From assembly GCA_963789955.1 (NCBI GenBank), contig CAWBMV010000037.1:32001-96000 (forward strand): a stretch of 64,000 nt of DNA, read 5' to 3'. Position numbers and translations under genes: made by a program. Shown one piece after another: positions 52,137 to 62,515 of the stretch. Below the pieces are notes generated by a model. It had not been told where the DNA came from. It searched no databases and saw nothing but the letters and a program-made list of their open reading frames with translations. The stretch comes from an uncultured Candidatus Rokubacteria bacterium. Lineage in GTDB: Bacteria; Methylomirabilota; Methylomirabilia; Rokubacteriales; CSP1-6. Position 1 is the first letter of the stretch; each line of letters opens with the position of its first letter.

Positions 52137-53384
52137 CTACGACGTTTGGGACTTGAGATCGGCCAGCGCGCGGTCGAAGGCCGACAGCGACGGCTTGATC
52201 TTCACGTGGACATTCAGGCGTTCCTGCAGCGAGTCCGGCGTCTTCAGGCCGTTGCCCGTGACGCAGATCACGATCGACTCGTCACGCGGGATGACGCCGC
52301 GCTCGATCAGCTTCTTGGTCGCGGCGACGGTCACGCCGCCGGCGGTCTCGGTGAAGATCCCCTCGGTCCGCGCCAGCAGGAGCATCCCCTCGACGATCTC
52401 CTCGTCGGTGGCGTGCTCGCCGGAGCCGCCCGACTCCTTGGCGACCTTGTAGGCGTAGTAGCCGTCGGCCGGGTTGCCGATCGCCAGCGACTTCGCGATC
52501 GTGTTGGGGCGCACCGGCACCAGGACGTCGGTGTCGTTCTTGATCATGGTGACGATGGGCCCGCAGCCGAGCGCCTGCGCCGCGTACATCTTCGTGCCGC
52601 GGTCGCCCTCGATGAGGCCGAGGGTCTTCAGCTCCTTGATCGCCTTGCAGATCTTCGTGATCAGCGAGCCGCCGGCACAGGGCACGACGATGTGCGCCGG
52701 GGTCTTCCACCCGAGCTGCTCGACGATCTCGTAGCCGTAGCTCTTCGAGCCCTCGGAATAGTACGGACGAAAATTCACGTTCACGAACGCCCAGCGGTAC
52801 TTGTCGGCGATCTCGGAGCAGAGCCGGTTCACCTCGTCGTAGGTGCCGTGCACCGCGACGAGGGTCGGGTTGTAGACCAAGGTGGCGAGCACCTTGCCCT
52901 GCTCGAGGTCGGCCGGGATGAAGATGTACGACTTCAGCCGGCCCTCGGCGGCGTGGGCGGCGACCGAGTTGGCCAGGTTGCCGGTCGAGGCGCAGGCCAC
53001 GGTGTCGAAGCCGAACTCGCGCGCCTTCGTGACCGCGACCGACACCACGCGATCCTTGAACGACCACGTGGGGTGGCAGACCGAGTCGTTCTTCACCCAG
53101 ATCTCGCGGCAGCCGAGCTCGTCGGCGAGGTTCTGCGCGCGGATCAGCGGCGTGAAGCCGACGTGGTGGCCGACGGCCACGTCGCCGTCGACCGGCAAGA
53201 GGTCCTTGTACCGCCACATGCTCGGCGGCCCGGCGGCGATCGACTCGCGCGTGACGACGCCCTTCAGCGCGTCGTACCGATAGTCGACCTCGAGGGGACC
53301 GAAACAGAACTCGCACACGTGGATGGGCGCCGCCGGGTAGTGGCGGCCGCACTCGCGACATCGCAGACCGTTCAGCTTTTCCAT
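52137..53384 (-). CDS. thrC: Threonine synthase-like PLP enzyme with N-terminal zinc ribbon
   Basis: CRECG...CEFCFGPL, PTWSFKDR, CASTGNLA, EGSKS, TGNGLKT; exact function uncertain. Confidence 0.8.
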   Translation of the reverse strand: MEKLNGLRCRECGRHYPAAPIHVCEFCFGPLEVDYRYDALKGVVTRESIAAGPPSMWRYKDLLPVDGDVAVGHHVGFTPLIRAQNLADELGCREIWVKNDSVCHPTWSFKDRVVSVAVTKAREFGFDTVACASTGNLANSVAAHAAEGRLKSYIFIPADLEQGKVLATLVYNPTLVAVHGTYDEVNRLCSEIADKYRWAFVNVNFRPYYSEGSKSYGYEIVEQLGWKTPAHIVVPCAGGSLITKICKAIKELKTLGLIEGDRGTKMYAAQALGCGPIVTMIKNDTDVLVPVRPNTIAKSLAIGNPADGYYAYKVAKESGGSGEHATDEEIVEGMLLLARTEGIFTETAGGVTVAATKKLIERGVIPRDESIVICVTGNGLKTPDSLQERLNVHVKIKPSLSAFDRALADLKSQTS

Positions 53385-53451
53385 TTAAGTCTCCATCGGT
53401 AGGGGAATTGAGCCCCGAGTTTTGCTGCACCGACAGCAAGACATTTGCATC

Positions 53452-53480
53452 ACTTAACACTCAACTTCGCGTCCTGTCAA
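53452..53480 (-). promoter_or_regulatory. Putative sigma70 promoter for the thrC-like operon
   Basis: TTGACA-17nt-TTAAGT on the minus strand in an AT-rich divergent intergenic region. Confidence 0.55.
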
Positions 53481-53500
53481 TTGAAGTATGATCCGGTCCG

Positions 53501-55459
53501 GTGGCTCGCGACTCGCTTTTTCCCCTCGCGTTACTAGGGATTTACGGCCTCGCCTTCGGCATCGCGGCGTTCGGCGCCGGGCCACCGGCCTTCGACGATC
53601 ATCCTGGCCAGCTCTATCGTCTGTGGCACGTGATCGCGCGCGGTCCGGCGCCGTGGGCGTGGAATCCAGACTGGTGGGCGGGCTATCCCGAAATGCAGTT
53701 CTATCCGCCGGGCTTCGCCTACCTGGGCGCGCTTCTGCAGCGCGCCTCCGTCAACTCGTTGTCGGTGGCCACCGTGTACCAGATGATCGTCTGGATCTCC
53801 TATCTGGCGCCGGGCCTGACGACGTTTCTCGCGCTCGCGCGCGTGCTCCGGAGCGGCTGGCTCGCGCTGCCCGGCGCGTTCGTCGCCCTGACGCTCTCGG
53901 TCGGCGTCAGCAGCGGCGTCGAGGGCGGCGTGCACATCGGGATGCTCGGCGCGCGACTCGCGTGGGCGCTGATCCCGCTCCTGCTCCTGACGCTCGTGCC
54001 GTGGATCGAGGATGGCGGCCGGCCTTCGGGAGGCTCGGCGCTCGTCATCGCGGCGATCGTGCTGACTCACCCGGCGGCGCTGCCGGCCGCGGTCACCTTG
54101 ATCGTGGTCGGCGCGGTCGTGCGTCCGCCGCGACGCGCCCGGCTCGCCGGCGCGCTCCTGACCCTGGCGGTCGCCGCGGCGCTGACGGCGTTCTGGACCG
54201 TGCCGCTCGTGTTTCGGCTCGAGAACACGCGCGCGCTCGCGTGGGGCGAGGCGCCCTCGATCGGTGGCTTCGGCCTCGGAGTCGCGCTTCTCGCGCTGAT
54301 CGGTCTCGTGCGCGCCCGCGGCGCCGGCGCCGGTGGTCTGGTCATCGCGCTGTTTCCCTGGGCGATGGCGCTCGTCGTCACCGTCGATCGGTTCGTGCTC
54401 GAGCCGCTCGGCCTGCGCTGGCTCCCGGCCAACCGGGTGGTCGACGGCGCCTGGATCGCGTTCGTGCTCGCGGCGGCGCTCGGCTGGTCCGGTGCGCGCA
54501 ACGCGCCGTCGCCGCCCGTTTTGGAAACCGATGCGGAGCCGAGCGCCCGGTTCCCCCGTCGCGAGATCGCGATCGCGCTGGCGGCCGTGCTCCTTGCCGT
54601 CGTCGTCGCCTGGCCCGGCCAGCGAACGCTCACGCTCTGGCCCCGGGCGGCCGCCTGGCCGTCCCTGGCGGCGATCGAGCGCGGGCTCAGACTCACCGAT
54701 CTGTGGACCGCGTTGCGCTCGGCGCCCCCGGGCCGCGTCCTGTTCGTGAGATCGTCGGTGCCACTCGTCTATGGATCGCAGGGGGGATCGCAAGGGCCGC
54801 GGGAGTGGTATCGCCCTCACACGCACGTGACCGCGCTGGCTCCCGTGTTCTCCGGGCGAGCGATCGTCAACGGCACGTTCACGCACCCCTCGCCGATCGC
54901 CGCGCTGGCGTACCGTGGTGACGCAGGGCCCGGGCCGATCACCCGGCTGGTCGAGCAGCTCGACGGCGTTTCGCTCTTCGGCCGCGCCCTGGGCGCGCTC
55001 GACGCAGAGACCTTCAATCGCTATGCGGACCGCCTCGGCATCAGCGTCGTCGTGGCGCTCGACGAAGACGCGCCGCACCTCGGCTTCCTCGACGACAATC
55101 GCGCCTTCGCCCGACGTGAGGCGCTCGAGCCGTTTCTGCTCTACGCGCGCCGTGAGGCCGTGGCGCTGCCGCGCGCCGTCGCGCCCGGCCGCTGGACCAT
55201 CACCCTCACGGCCGCTCGCGATCCCTGGGTGACGACGCGCATGGCGTACTATCCGCTCTGGCACGCCCGCATCGAAGGCGTGCCGATGCAGACGCGCAGA
55301 GGAGCCGACGGCGACCTCGAGGTGAAGCTGGACGCGGGAGGCACGCGAGCGGTCGAGCTGGACTATCGCGCGGGCGCGCCGGAGATCGCCGGCGTGGTCG
55401 TGACCGTGCTGGGGCTCGTCGGTCTGGTCGTATTCAGGCGCCGCGGACAGGCCGCCTAG
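53501..55459 (+). CDS. Polytopic membrane protein, GT-C / PTPS-related-like glycosyltransferase
   Basis: FDDHPG, WNPDWWAGYP..QFYPPG after TM1, many TM helices, periplasmic domain with YYPLWHA. Confidence 0.75.
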   Translation: MARDSLFPLALLGIYGLAFGIAAFGAGPPAFDDHPGQLYRLWHVIARGPAPWAWNPDWWAGYPEMQFYPPGFAYLGALLQRASVNSLSVATVYQMIVWISYLAPGLTTFLALARVLRSGWLALPGAFVALTLSVGVSSGVEGGVHIGMLGARLAWALIPLLLLTLVPWIEDGGRPSGGSALVIAAIVLTHPAALPAAVTLIVVGAVVRPPRRARLAGALLTLAVAAALTAFWTVPLVFRLENTRALAWGEAPSIGGFGLGVALLALIGLVRARGAGAGGLVIALFPWAMALVVTVDRFVLEPLGLRWLPANRVVDGAWIAFVLAAALGWSGARNAPSPPVLETDAEPSARFPRREIAIALAAVLLAVVVAWPGQRTLTLWPRAAAWPSLAAIERGLRLTDLWTALRSAPPGRVLFVRSSVPLVYGSQGGSQGPREWYRPHTHVTALAPVFSGRAIVNGTFTHPSPIAALAYRGDAGPGPITRLVEQLDGVSLFGRALGALDAETFNRYADRLGISVVVALDEDAPHLGFLDDNRAFARREALEPFLLYARREAVALPRAVAPGRWTITLTAARDPWVTTRMAYYPLWHARIEGVPMQTRRGADGDLEVKLDAGGTRAVELDYRAGAPEIAGVVVTVLGLVGLVVFRRRGQAA

Positions 55460-55469
55460 GCGCGAGATC

Positions 55470-56234
55470 GTGGACAGTCACACCGGACTGTTGCTCTTCG
55501 CCGCCGGGCTCGCGGGCGGCATCGTCACCGCGATGGTCGGCGGCGCCTCGCTGATCTGCTTTCCCGCGCTGCTCGCGGCCGGTTTGCCGCCGATCGTGGC
55601 CAACGCGTCGAGCACCGTGGCGCTGACGCCCGGCAACCTCGTGGCCGGGTTCGCCGATCTGGAGCGGATGCCGCGCTGGGACCGAGCGTTCGCAAGCCTG
55701 GCGCTGATCGCCGTCGCGGGAAGCGTGGCCGGCGCGGCGCTCTTGCTGGCGACACCGGAGAAGGCGTTCACCGCCGTCGTACCGGTGCTCATCGGGTTCG
55801 CGACGATCCTGTTCGCGCTATCCGGCCGGATCAGGCTCTGGATTCTTTCCCGCACCGCCGATCGCGCCCCCTCGACGGGCTTGAGCAGTCTTTTGTTCGC
55901 GCCCGTCGCGGTGTACGGCGGCTACTTCGGCGCGGGGATGAGCGTGATGATCCTGGCGATCCTGTCCGTGAGCCGGGCCGACGAGTTCCGCACTGCCAAC
56001 GTGATCAAGAATCTTCTGTCGGGGCTGACGAGCTTCGTCGCGGTCGTCGTCTTCGTACTCCGGGGCGTGGTCGCCTGGCCGCCGGCGCTCCTGGTCATGG
56101 GCGGCGCCGTCATCGGCGGATTCCTCGGCGGACGCCTCGCGCGCGTGCTCCCGCCCGAGGCGATGCGCTGGATCGTCATCACCGTCGGCACGGTGTTGAC
56201 GGTGGTCTACGCCTACCGCTACTGGCTAGCTTAG
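55470..56234 (+). CDS. TauE/SafE-family sulfite exporter
   Basis: GGASLICFPALL, YGGYFGAG, ANVIKN. Confidence 0.92.
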   Translation: MDSHTGLLLFAAGLAGGIVTAMVGGASLICFPALLAAGLPPIVANASSTVALTPGNLVAGFADLERMPRWDRAFASLALIAVAGSVAGAALLLATPEKAFTAVVPVLIGFATILFALSGRIRLWILSRTADRAPSTGLSSLLFAPVAVYGGYFGAGMSVMILAILSVSRADEFRTANVIKNLLSGLTSFVAVVVFVLRGVVAWPPALLVMGGAVIGGFLGGRLARVLPPEAMRWIVITVGTVLTVVYAYRYWLA

Positions 56235-56639
56235 CCGGCGAGCGCGGCCGCTCCCGCGTCGGAGCATTCCTGGTCTTGCTCGCCAGTGCCGCCGCCGCAG
56301 CCGATGGCGCCGATAACTCGGCCGCCGCGCTGGATCGGCGAGCCGACCGAGCGTCGGCAGGATCTGGCCCTGGAGGACCGTCGGCACGATGGACCAGAAA
56401 CCGCCCTTGGCGACGAGATCGGCGAGCTCGGCGGTGCGCTTCTTGAACGATGCAGCCGCCATCGCCTTGGCTCGCGACGTCTCCGGGCTGAAGAAGCCGG
56501 TGCCGTCTCCGCGGGCGCTCAGCACCAGGCGGCCGGCTTCGTCGACGACCGTGACGGTCATCGGCGACCGGAGCGCGCGCGCCTTGGCCTGCGCGGCCTT
56601 CACCGCGGTTTCCGCCATCTCGAGCGTCATGTCGATCAT
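56231..56639 (-). CDS. GlcG/HbpS-family heme-binding protein; apparent frameshift near 56350
   Basis: VTVVDEAG, RAKAMAA, then GGSPI...IGAIGCGGGTGEQD. Confidence 0.88.
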
Positions 56640-56653
56640 CGCGTTTTTCCTTT

Positions 56654-56777
56654 TATAGGCTCGCCTCGGCCGGCGGGGCCCCAGCCCCACGACGGCCTGC
56701 AGCTCACACGGCTATAGGCTCGCCTCGGCCGGCGGGGCCCCAGCCCCGCGAAGGGCTGCGGCTCACACGGCGATAGG
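56654..56777 (+). repeat. 59-bp tandem repeat, 2 copies plus partial
   Basis: TATAGGCTCGCCTCGGCCGGCGGGGCCCCAGCCCC...GCTCACACGGC at 56654 and 56713; GATAGG at 56772. Confidence 0.93.
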
Positions 56778-56784
56778 CCGCCAG

Positions 56785-57696
56785 CTAAACCATCGGGTCG
56801 TAGTTGAAGTATTGTCCCGAGGTGACGTGCGGCACGAGGTGGTGCTGCAGAGTGCCCGGGAACACCTCGGCGAAGCTTTCGGGCGTCCAGCCGTCGGAAT
56901 TGTGCACGCGCATGATCGGACGCTCGTGGCTGAACAGCATGATCTCCTTGCCGCGCACTCCGAAAACCTGACCGTTGACGTCGCGGGCCGCGTCGCTCGC
57001 CAGGAACACCGCGACCGGCGCGATGTGGGCGGGCGAGAGCTTCTTGATCTTCTCCACGCGCGCCTTCTGCGTCTCGGTCTCGGTCGGGATCGTGCCGATC
57101 ATCCGCGTCCACGCGAACGGCGAGATGCAGTTGGCCGTGACGTTGTAGCGGCCCATGTCGAGCGCCGTCGCCTTGGTGAGCCCGAAGATGCCGAGCTTGG
57201 CGGCGGCGTAGTTCGCCTGGCCCACGTTGCCGATGAGCCCCGAGGTCGACGTCATGTTGACGATCCGTCCCCCCTTCTGCTCGCGCATGAGGGGCGCCGC
57301 GGCGCGGGTCACGGCGAAGGTGCCCTTGAGGTGGGTATTGATGACCGCGTCCCATTCCTCCTCGGTCATATTGAAGATCATGCGGTCCCGAAGGATCCCG
57401 GCGTTGTTGACGATGATGTCGACTCGCCCGAAGGTGTCGACGGCCTTCTTGACGATCGCCTGGCCGCCGGCCATCGAGGCGACCGAATCGTAGTTCGCGA
57501 CGGCCTTGCCGCCGGCCTTCGCGATCTCGCTCACGACCTCGTCCGCCGGCGCGTTCTCGCCGCCGCTGCCGGCCGCCGAGCCGCCGTAGTCGTTCACCAC
57601 CACTTGCGCCCCGTGCCGCGCCATCAGAAGGGCGATCTCGCGGCCGATACCGCGTCCCGCCCCCGTGACCACCGCTACCTTACCCTTGAGCATCAT
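56785..57696 (-). CDS. SDR-family oxidoreductase (3-hydroxyacyl-CoA dehydrogenase-like)
   Basis: TGAGRGIG, NNAGILRD, YAAAK. Confidence 0.95.
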   Translation of the reverse strand: MMLKGKVAVVTGAGRGIGREIALLMARHGAQVVVNDYGGSAAGSGGENAPADEVVSEIAKAGGKAVANYDSVASMAGGQAIVKKAVDTFGRVDIIVNNAGILRDRMIFNMTEEEWDAVINTHLKGTFAVTRAAAPLMREQKGGRIVNMTSTSGLIGNVGQANYAAAKLGIFGLTKATALDMGRYNVTANCISPFAWTRMIGTIPTETETQKARVEKIKKLSPAHIAPVAVFLASDAARDVNGQVFGVRGKEIMLFSHERPIMRVHNSDGWTPESFAEVFPGTLQHHLVPHVTSGQYFNYDPMV

Positions 57697-57783
57697 GGGC
57701 GTTCCCTCCGGTCCCAGAGTCAGAAGCCCGACGACGATAGCACAGTCATCGGCGCGCCGAGATCTGGGAGCGGCGGAAGCGGG

Positions 57784-58584
57784 TCAGGTCCGCCGCGAGT
57801 CGAGCGCGGCGACGAACGCGGCGGAGAAGACGAAGACGACCGCTGAATAGTAGACGAACATCGCGAAGGCGACGAGGACCGCCAGCGGGCCGTAGATCTC
57901 GTTGTAGAGGCTCACCCGCTGGATGTAAAAGCGAAAGAGCTGCTTCGCGATTTCCCAGAGCACGCTGGCCAGCACCGCCCCCGCCAGCGCCGGCCCCACC
58001 CTCACCTGCCGGCGCGGCACGTACCGGTAGGCGCAATAGAACATCACGGTGGAGAGGGCGAGGCTCAACGGCAGCGCCGCGAGCGCGAACCAGCGCGGCG
58101 GGACCGGCAGCGAGTTCAGCGCGAGCGCTCGGAACCCGTGATAGAGCCAGGTCATCGTGCTGACGGTGAAGAGCAGCAGGCTCAGCAGCAGCGCCATCCA
58201 GCTGTCGCGCACCAGATTGCGCAGGAAGCCGCCGTCGCCGCGCACGCCGAGGAGACGGTGCAGGATGAGTCGTGAGGCGCTGAGGACCGGCGTCGAGAAC
58301 ACCACGAGGGCCGCCGTGCCCAGGACACCCGACGCGGTGCGCGTCTGGACGATTCGAAGCAGGACCCGAGCAATCTGCCCCTGATAGACCGGAAACTGCT
58401 CGGCCAGCTGGCCGACGACGTGCCGCGCCGCCTCCTCGCCCGACAGCACGAAGCCGACCAGCGAGACACCGAGGAGGAGCTGCGGGATCAAGCACACCAG
58501 GAAGAAGAACGCGAGGCCGGCGCTCATGAAGAACCCGTCGGCGGCGATGAAGCGCGAGACAGCCCCTCGCGGGCCGGCGGTCAC
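57784..58584 (-). CDS. YihY / virulence factor BrkB family membrane protein
   Basis: SAGLAFF, YRYVP, WEIAKQLF, YNEIYG. Confidence 0.9.
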   Translation of the reverse strand: MTAGPRGAVSRFIAADGFFMSAGLAFFFLVCLIPQLLLGVSLVGFVLSGEEAARHVVGQLAEQFPVYQGQIARVLLRIVQTRTASGVLGTAALVVFSTPVLSASRLILHRLLGVRGDGGFLRNLVRDSWMALLLSLLLFTVSTMTWLYHGFRALALNSLPVPPRWFALAALPLSLALSTVMFYCAYRYVPRRQVRVGPALAGAVLASVLWEIAKQLFRFYIQRVSLYNEIYGPLAVLVAFAMFVYYSAVVFVFSAAFVAALDSRRT

Positions 58585-59487
58585 AACTGGCGGTAGAAGT
58601 GGGCGCGATCGCCCCCCTTCACCTCGAACCGGCGCATCTTCTTGTCGCGCATCACTTCGAACGTCAGCGCATCGCCCGGCTCGTGACGCCAGAGGCTCGT
58701 GTAGAGATCGCGACGGCTCCCGACTTCTTCGGCGTTGAGCGAGACGATCACGTCGCCCTCCTGCAGCCCGCCTCGATCACCCGGCCCGTCGGGCACCACA
58801 CCGGCGACGACCACGCCCTCCTCGATCACCTGCGCGAACACGCCGAGCCACGCGCGGCGCGGACGGCTCACGACCCGCCCGTAGCGCATCATCTCGTCGC
58901 GATGGTTCCGGTAGAAATCGGTCGGAATCGCCAGGGAGCTGCGGGAGATCTCGTTGAGGTTGAGGGACACGGTCCCGGCGAGGCGACCGTTCGTCGTGAA
59001 GAGCCCGCCGCCGCCGTAGCCCGGGTTCGGAGCATTGGAGATGATGGCGCGGTCGAGCATGTACTCCCAGTACGCCTCGAACTCACCGACGTACGTGACG
59101 AACCCGCCGGTGGCGCACCGCTCTTGCGGTTGTTTGGCGCCGAGCAGCACCACCTCTTCGGACCGCTCGACAGAGCTCACCCGTGCCGACTTCCGCCGCG
59201 ATGAGCCCCTGCCGATTCACCTTGATCAGCGCGAGGCCGACCTCGAAGTCCTGGGCGACGAGCTCGGCCTTCGCGCGGCGCCCCTTCTGGAAGGCGACCG
59301 AGAGCGACTGGCCGCCCATCACCACATAGTTGACGGTCAGGATGAGCCCCGAAGAATCCACCACGACGCCGCTCCCGAGCCGTTCGTTGCCGAGGATCTT
59401 CGTCGACGGATGCTCGCGCGAGACGGTGGTGTGGATGTACACGATGCTCTGCAGGAGATGACGGACCAGCTCGACGGATGTGTCCAT
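58581..59487 (-). CDS. Trypsin-like (S1C) domain plus PDZ protein; apparent frameshift near 59180
   Basis: GSGVVVD..GLILT, RAWLGV, GLQEGDVI; catalytic His and Ser positions appear substituted. Confidence 0.85.
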
Positions 59488-59496
59488 GGTCGGCGG

Positions 59497-60342
59497 CTAC
59501 TTGCCCTTCAAATGATAGCCGAAGAACTCGGCGACCCGGCGCCGCGAGTCCGCAAAAGCTCCGGCGTCGAAGGCGACGGTGGCGCCGCAGCACTCGTTCG
59601 GCTTGTTGTGGTTGGCCACCTGGGCCAGGTACTCCCGAGGCTGACCGATGACGTCGAAATAATGATACGCCTGCGGATAGAGGACGATGCTCGCGTCCGC
59701 GCCGCGGCGCCGCATCGCCTCGACCATCTCGACGCAGGGGCCGGGCGCCGTCCAGTCATCCGCGTCGCCGATCATCACCAGCAGGGGGCGGACCACCAGC
59801 TCCTGCACCAGCGAGTAGCAGCCGCCGGGGTAGAAGCCGATCGATGCGCGAAAGCCCGGCTCGGGCAGCACGACACCGCGCTTTTTCGCGCGCTCGAGAC
59901 TCGGCCCGTTGATCACGGAGAGGGCGAACACGCCGCCGTTCGACCAGCCGATCGCGCCCACCCGCGCGGGATCGACGTAGGGACGGCTCTGCAAGTAGCG
60001 CAGCGCGCCCATCGCGTCGTCGAATCGCTCCGTGTTCGGGACATCGGGCAAGCTCGGGTCGCACGTCTTGCCGACGCGGCGAGGCGTCCAGCTGTCGAGC
60101 AGCAGGGCGACGTAGCCCTGATCACGGAACCAGCGCGACCACTCGTGATTCGACTCGAATATTCCGGCGCAGCCGTGCAGGAGGACGACGGCGGGAAACC
60201 GGCCGGGGCCGTCGGGGCGCAGCTCCCATCCGGGCACGGTGAGCGGCTTGCCCGGGGTCGCGTTCGGAATCGACACGGTCGTCGTGGCGCAGCCGGTGAG
60301 AACGATCGCGGCAAGAAGCACCGACACCGCGCGTCGGAGCAT
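59497..60342 (-). CDS. Dienelactone hydrolase family lipoprotein
   Basis: Lipobox LTGC, PAVVLLHGCAG, GWSNGG, GDADDWT, YHYFD. Confidence 0.9.
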   Translation of the reverse strand: MLRRAVSVLLAAIVLTGCATTTVSIPNATPGKPLTVPGWELRPDGPGRFPAVVLLHGCAGIFESNHEWSRWFRDQGYVALLLDSWTPRRVGKTCDPSLPDVPNTERFDDAMGALRYLQSRPYVDPARVGAIGWSNGGVFALSVINGPSLERAKKRGVVLPEPGFRASIGFYPGGCYSLVQELVVRPLLVMIGDADDWTAPGPCVEMVEAMRRRGADASIVLYPQAYHYFDVIGQPREYLAQVANHNKPNECCGATVAFDAGAFADSRRRVAEFFGYHLKGK

Positions 60343-60599
60343 GAATCGAGCATACACCGGGCCCAACGCCGCGCCATAAAACGAACCGCGGGGCGAGATT
60401 CCCGTGGCGTTCGGCATACGGCTCGGAGACCCTCGTCGCAGGCATGATCGACACGGAACGGTACCTCTTACGTCGCCCTGCTCGAGGCCGTCGAGGACGT
60501 CGAGATGCGGCGATCGCTCGCCCCTCCGCCATCGCGCGGCGTGCGGCTGGCGACGATTGCGCGCTGATCGGCGATCGAGGTCACGTGCCGACGCCCGAG

Positions 60600-61158
60600 G
60601 GCCGCGAATGCGGGCGAGGACCTTCGGGTCCTCCGGCTTCTTCGTGACGACAATCAGACGGACGCCGCCCGCGATGGGCTCCGTCCGCGCCGACCACTCC
60701 GACATACGGTCCAGCTCGACCGCGTGCGGTACCACCATCGCGCGGATGGCCTGCGCCGTCCGCCCCGTGCTCGTGACCTCCATGGCGAGGCCGCCGGGGA
60801 CCCACGTCGGCTTGACCGCCGACCGCAGCATGACCTCGTTCATGTCGATGAGATGCTGGCGCAGGCGCTCGATGTCGACCTTGCTCCAGTCAGTGGCGGG
60901 ATCGGTCTCGAGGATTCGGATGATCTCAGCAATCGCGCCGAACGCGTCCTGCCCGGGCATTGTGGGCGCCCCGCCGGTCATGCCCTGCATCGCGCGCATG
61001 TGCTCGGTGTGCATGTCAGCGCCGTGCGACGGCATCGATCCCTGGTCATGCGGCTGACCGGGCCCCGAAGGCGGCGGATACTGAGCGAACACGGTGTGCG
61101 CCACTACGGCGCCTGCTAGGGTGAGGCCGAGCACGATGGCCAGAGCTGCTCTCCACAT
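60600..61158 (-). pseudogene. Secreted Met/His-rich hypothetical protein, 3'-truncated
   Basis: GGAGG RBS, signal peptide, PGQDAFGAIAE...TDWSKVDIERLRQHLIDM; loses coding character after LARIRG. Confidence 0.65.
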
Positions 61159-61218
61159 GATTCCCTCCTGTCGAAGATCCAGTATGGAGAGCAAAGAGGG
61201 CCGAATCTATGACTTAAG

Positions 61219-61655
61219 TCACACTTCGCCGCCGCGTGCTGCGTCCTCAACGCCCCGGGCGAGGGCGACGAGACGAGCCGGATCACGGATGATCACGTGA
61301 GATCGGTCGCGTGCGATGATCCCGCGGCTCTCCAGGAGCGAGAAGGCGCGTGCGACCAGCTCGCGGACTGTGCCGAGCCGGGCCGCGAGCTGGGCGTGGG
61401 TCAGCGGAATGTCGACTCGAGCGCCGGGCTTGACCGGCCCCCCAACGGCCGTCTCCAGATAGTGGGCTACGCGCTCGGTCACCGGATGAAAGGCGAGGTC
61501 GCTGACGATGCTTGCGAAGTGTCGGACTCGGCGCGCCATCGTCTTGAGCATCGCGAGTGCGACGGCCGGGCGCCGGTGACAGAGCGCGAGCACTTCGGGG
61601 CGCGCGATTTCCGCTGCCGAGGGTACAGCGGCGCGGCCACGGCGACGCAGTTCGA
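61219..61655 (-). pseudogene. Crp/Fnr-family regulator, C-terminal half
   Basis: VTERVAHYL, LTHAQLAARLGTVRELVARAF HTH; no N-terminus. Confidence 0.85.
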
Positions 61656-62156
61656 ATAGGCCAGCAGAACGAGCATGGCCGGTACGCGCGGCTGGCTGAG
61701 GAGGAGGAACGTGAGGACCATCGCCGGGACCGCCACCAGCGCCCCCCGTTGCATGAGGCCGACTCCTTCGAGGATGAAGCTGAGGCCGAGGCCGAGAACG
61801 ATCCCTCGCACGACGGGACGGCTGGTGAGTGCCGCCAGCCAGGACACGGCGCCGCTGATCCCCATGCCGAACCAGAAGATGCCCGTGATGACGGCGGACG
61901 CGAAGATCGCGCCGGGCGTGGCCATCTGGGGCTGGGTGACGGCGACCGTGGCGATGGCCTTCATCGGCTGCACCGGCATCGGCGTGCGGAAGTAAAGGCC
62001 GGTAGCCAGAGCGAGGAGCCCGAAGCCCAGGAGCACGCCTTGGGGATCGAGCCGGGCGATCGTGATGTAGCCGACGACGAACGGCACGAGCGTGCCGAGA
62101 TCGCCGAAGGCTCCGGCGAGCTCGGAGCGATCGAATCGATTGCCGCCGAGGTTCAC
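61656..62156 (-). pseudogene. MOT1-type molybdate transporter, N-terminal half
   Basis: ELAGAFGDLGT, PMPVQPMKAIA, PVVRGIVLGLG; cut after VPAMLVLLAY. Confidence 0.85.
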
Positions 62157-62515
62157 GCCCGCCGCGCCCTGAAGGCCGCGCCGTAGAGGTCATCGACCGC
62201 GCGGTCGAGACGGGCGCGGAAGGCGGAGTAGCGCTGGAGGAAGGTCCGAGCTGCGGGCGTAAGCATCGCGCCCCCGCGGTCGTTGCCGCCACGGGCGCGG
62301 GCGACGAGCGGCCGGCCGAAGGCCCGCTCGGCGTTCGTCACGTAGCCGAGCGCGTGCCGGTACGACCAGCCCACCTCCTCCGCGGCGGCACGGACGGAGC
62401 CCGTGGAGTCGATCGCGTAGAAGAGGGCGAGGCCGCCGTCGCCGAGCGCAAATCGTCGACCGTTCTCGAGCCAGACTTTGTGGCGGACTGCGAGCCGATG
62501 TTCTCGTCGAGGCAT
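62153..62515 (-). CDS. ModE-like winged-helix regulator (N-terminal domain only)
   Basis: KVWLE...LGDGG..L..AIDSTGSVRAAA...SYRHA...RGGNDRGGAMLT. Confidence 0.85.
   Translation of the reverse strand: MPRREHRLAVRHKVWLENGRRFALGDGGLALFYAIDSTGSVRAAAEEVGWSYRHALGYVTNAERAFGRPLVARARGGNDRGGAMLTPAARTFLQRYSAFRARLDRAVDDLYGAAFRARRA

Noticed and set aside
53385..53450. SAM riboswitch upstream of the thrC-like gene
   Set aside because: Leader is ~60 nt with two small hairpins and no recognisable SAM-I/IV core; an Rfam scan would settle it
56654..56777. Mini CRISPR array
   Set aside because: The would-be spacers are near-identical to each other
59497..61194. 565-aa fusion of the secreted protein with dienelactone hydrolase
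   Set aside because: The hydrolase has its own -10 box, ATG and lipoprotein signal; the linker is non-coding-like read-through after truncation
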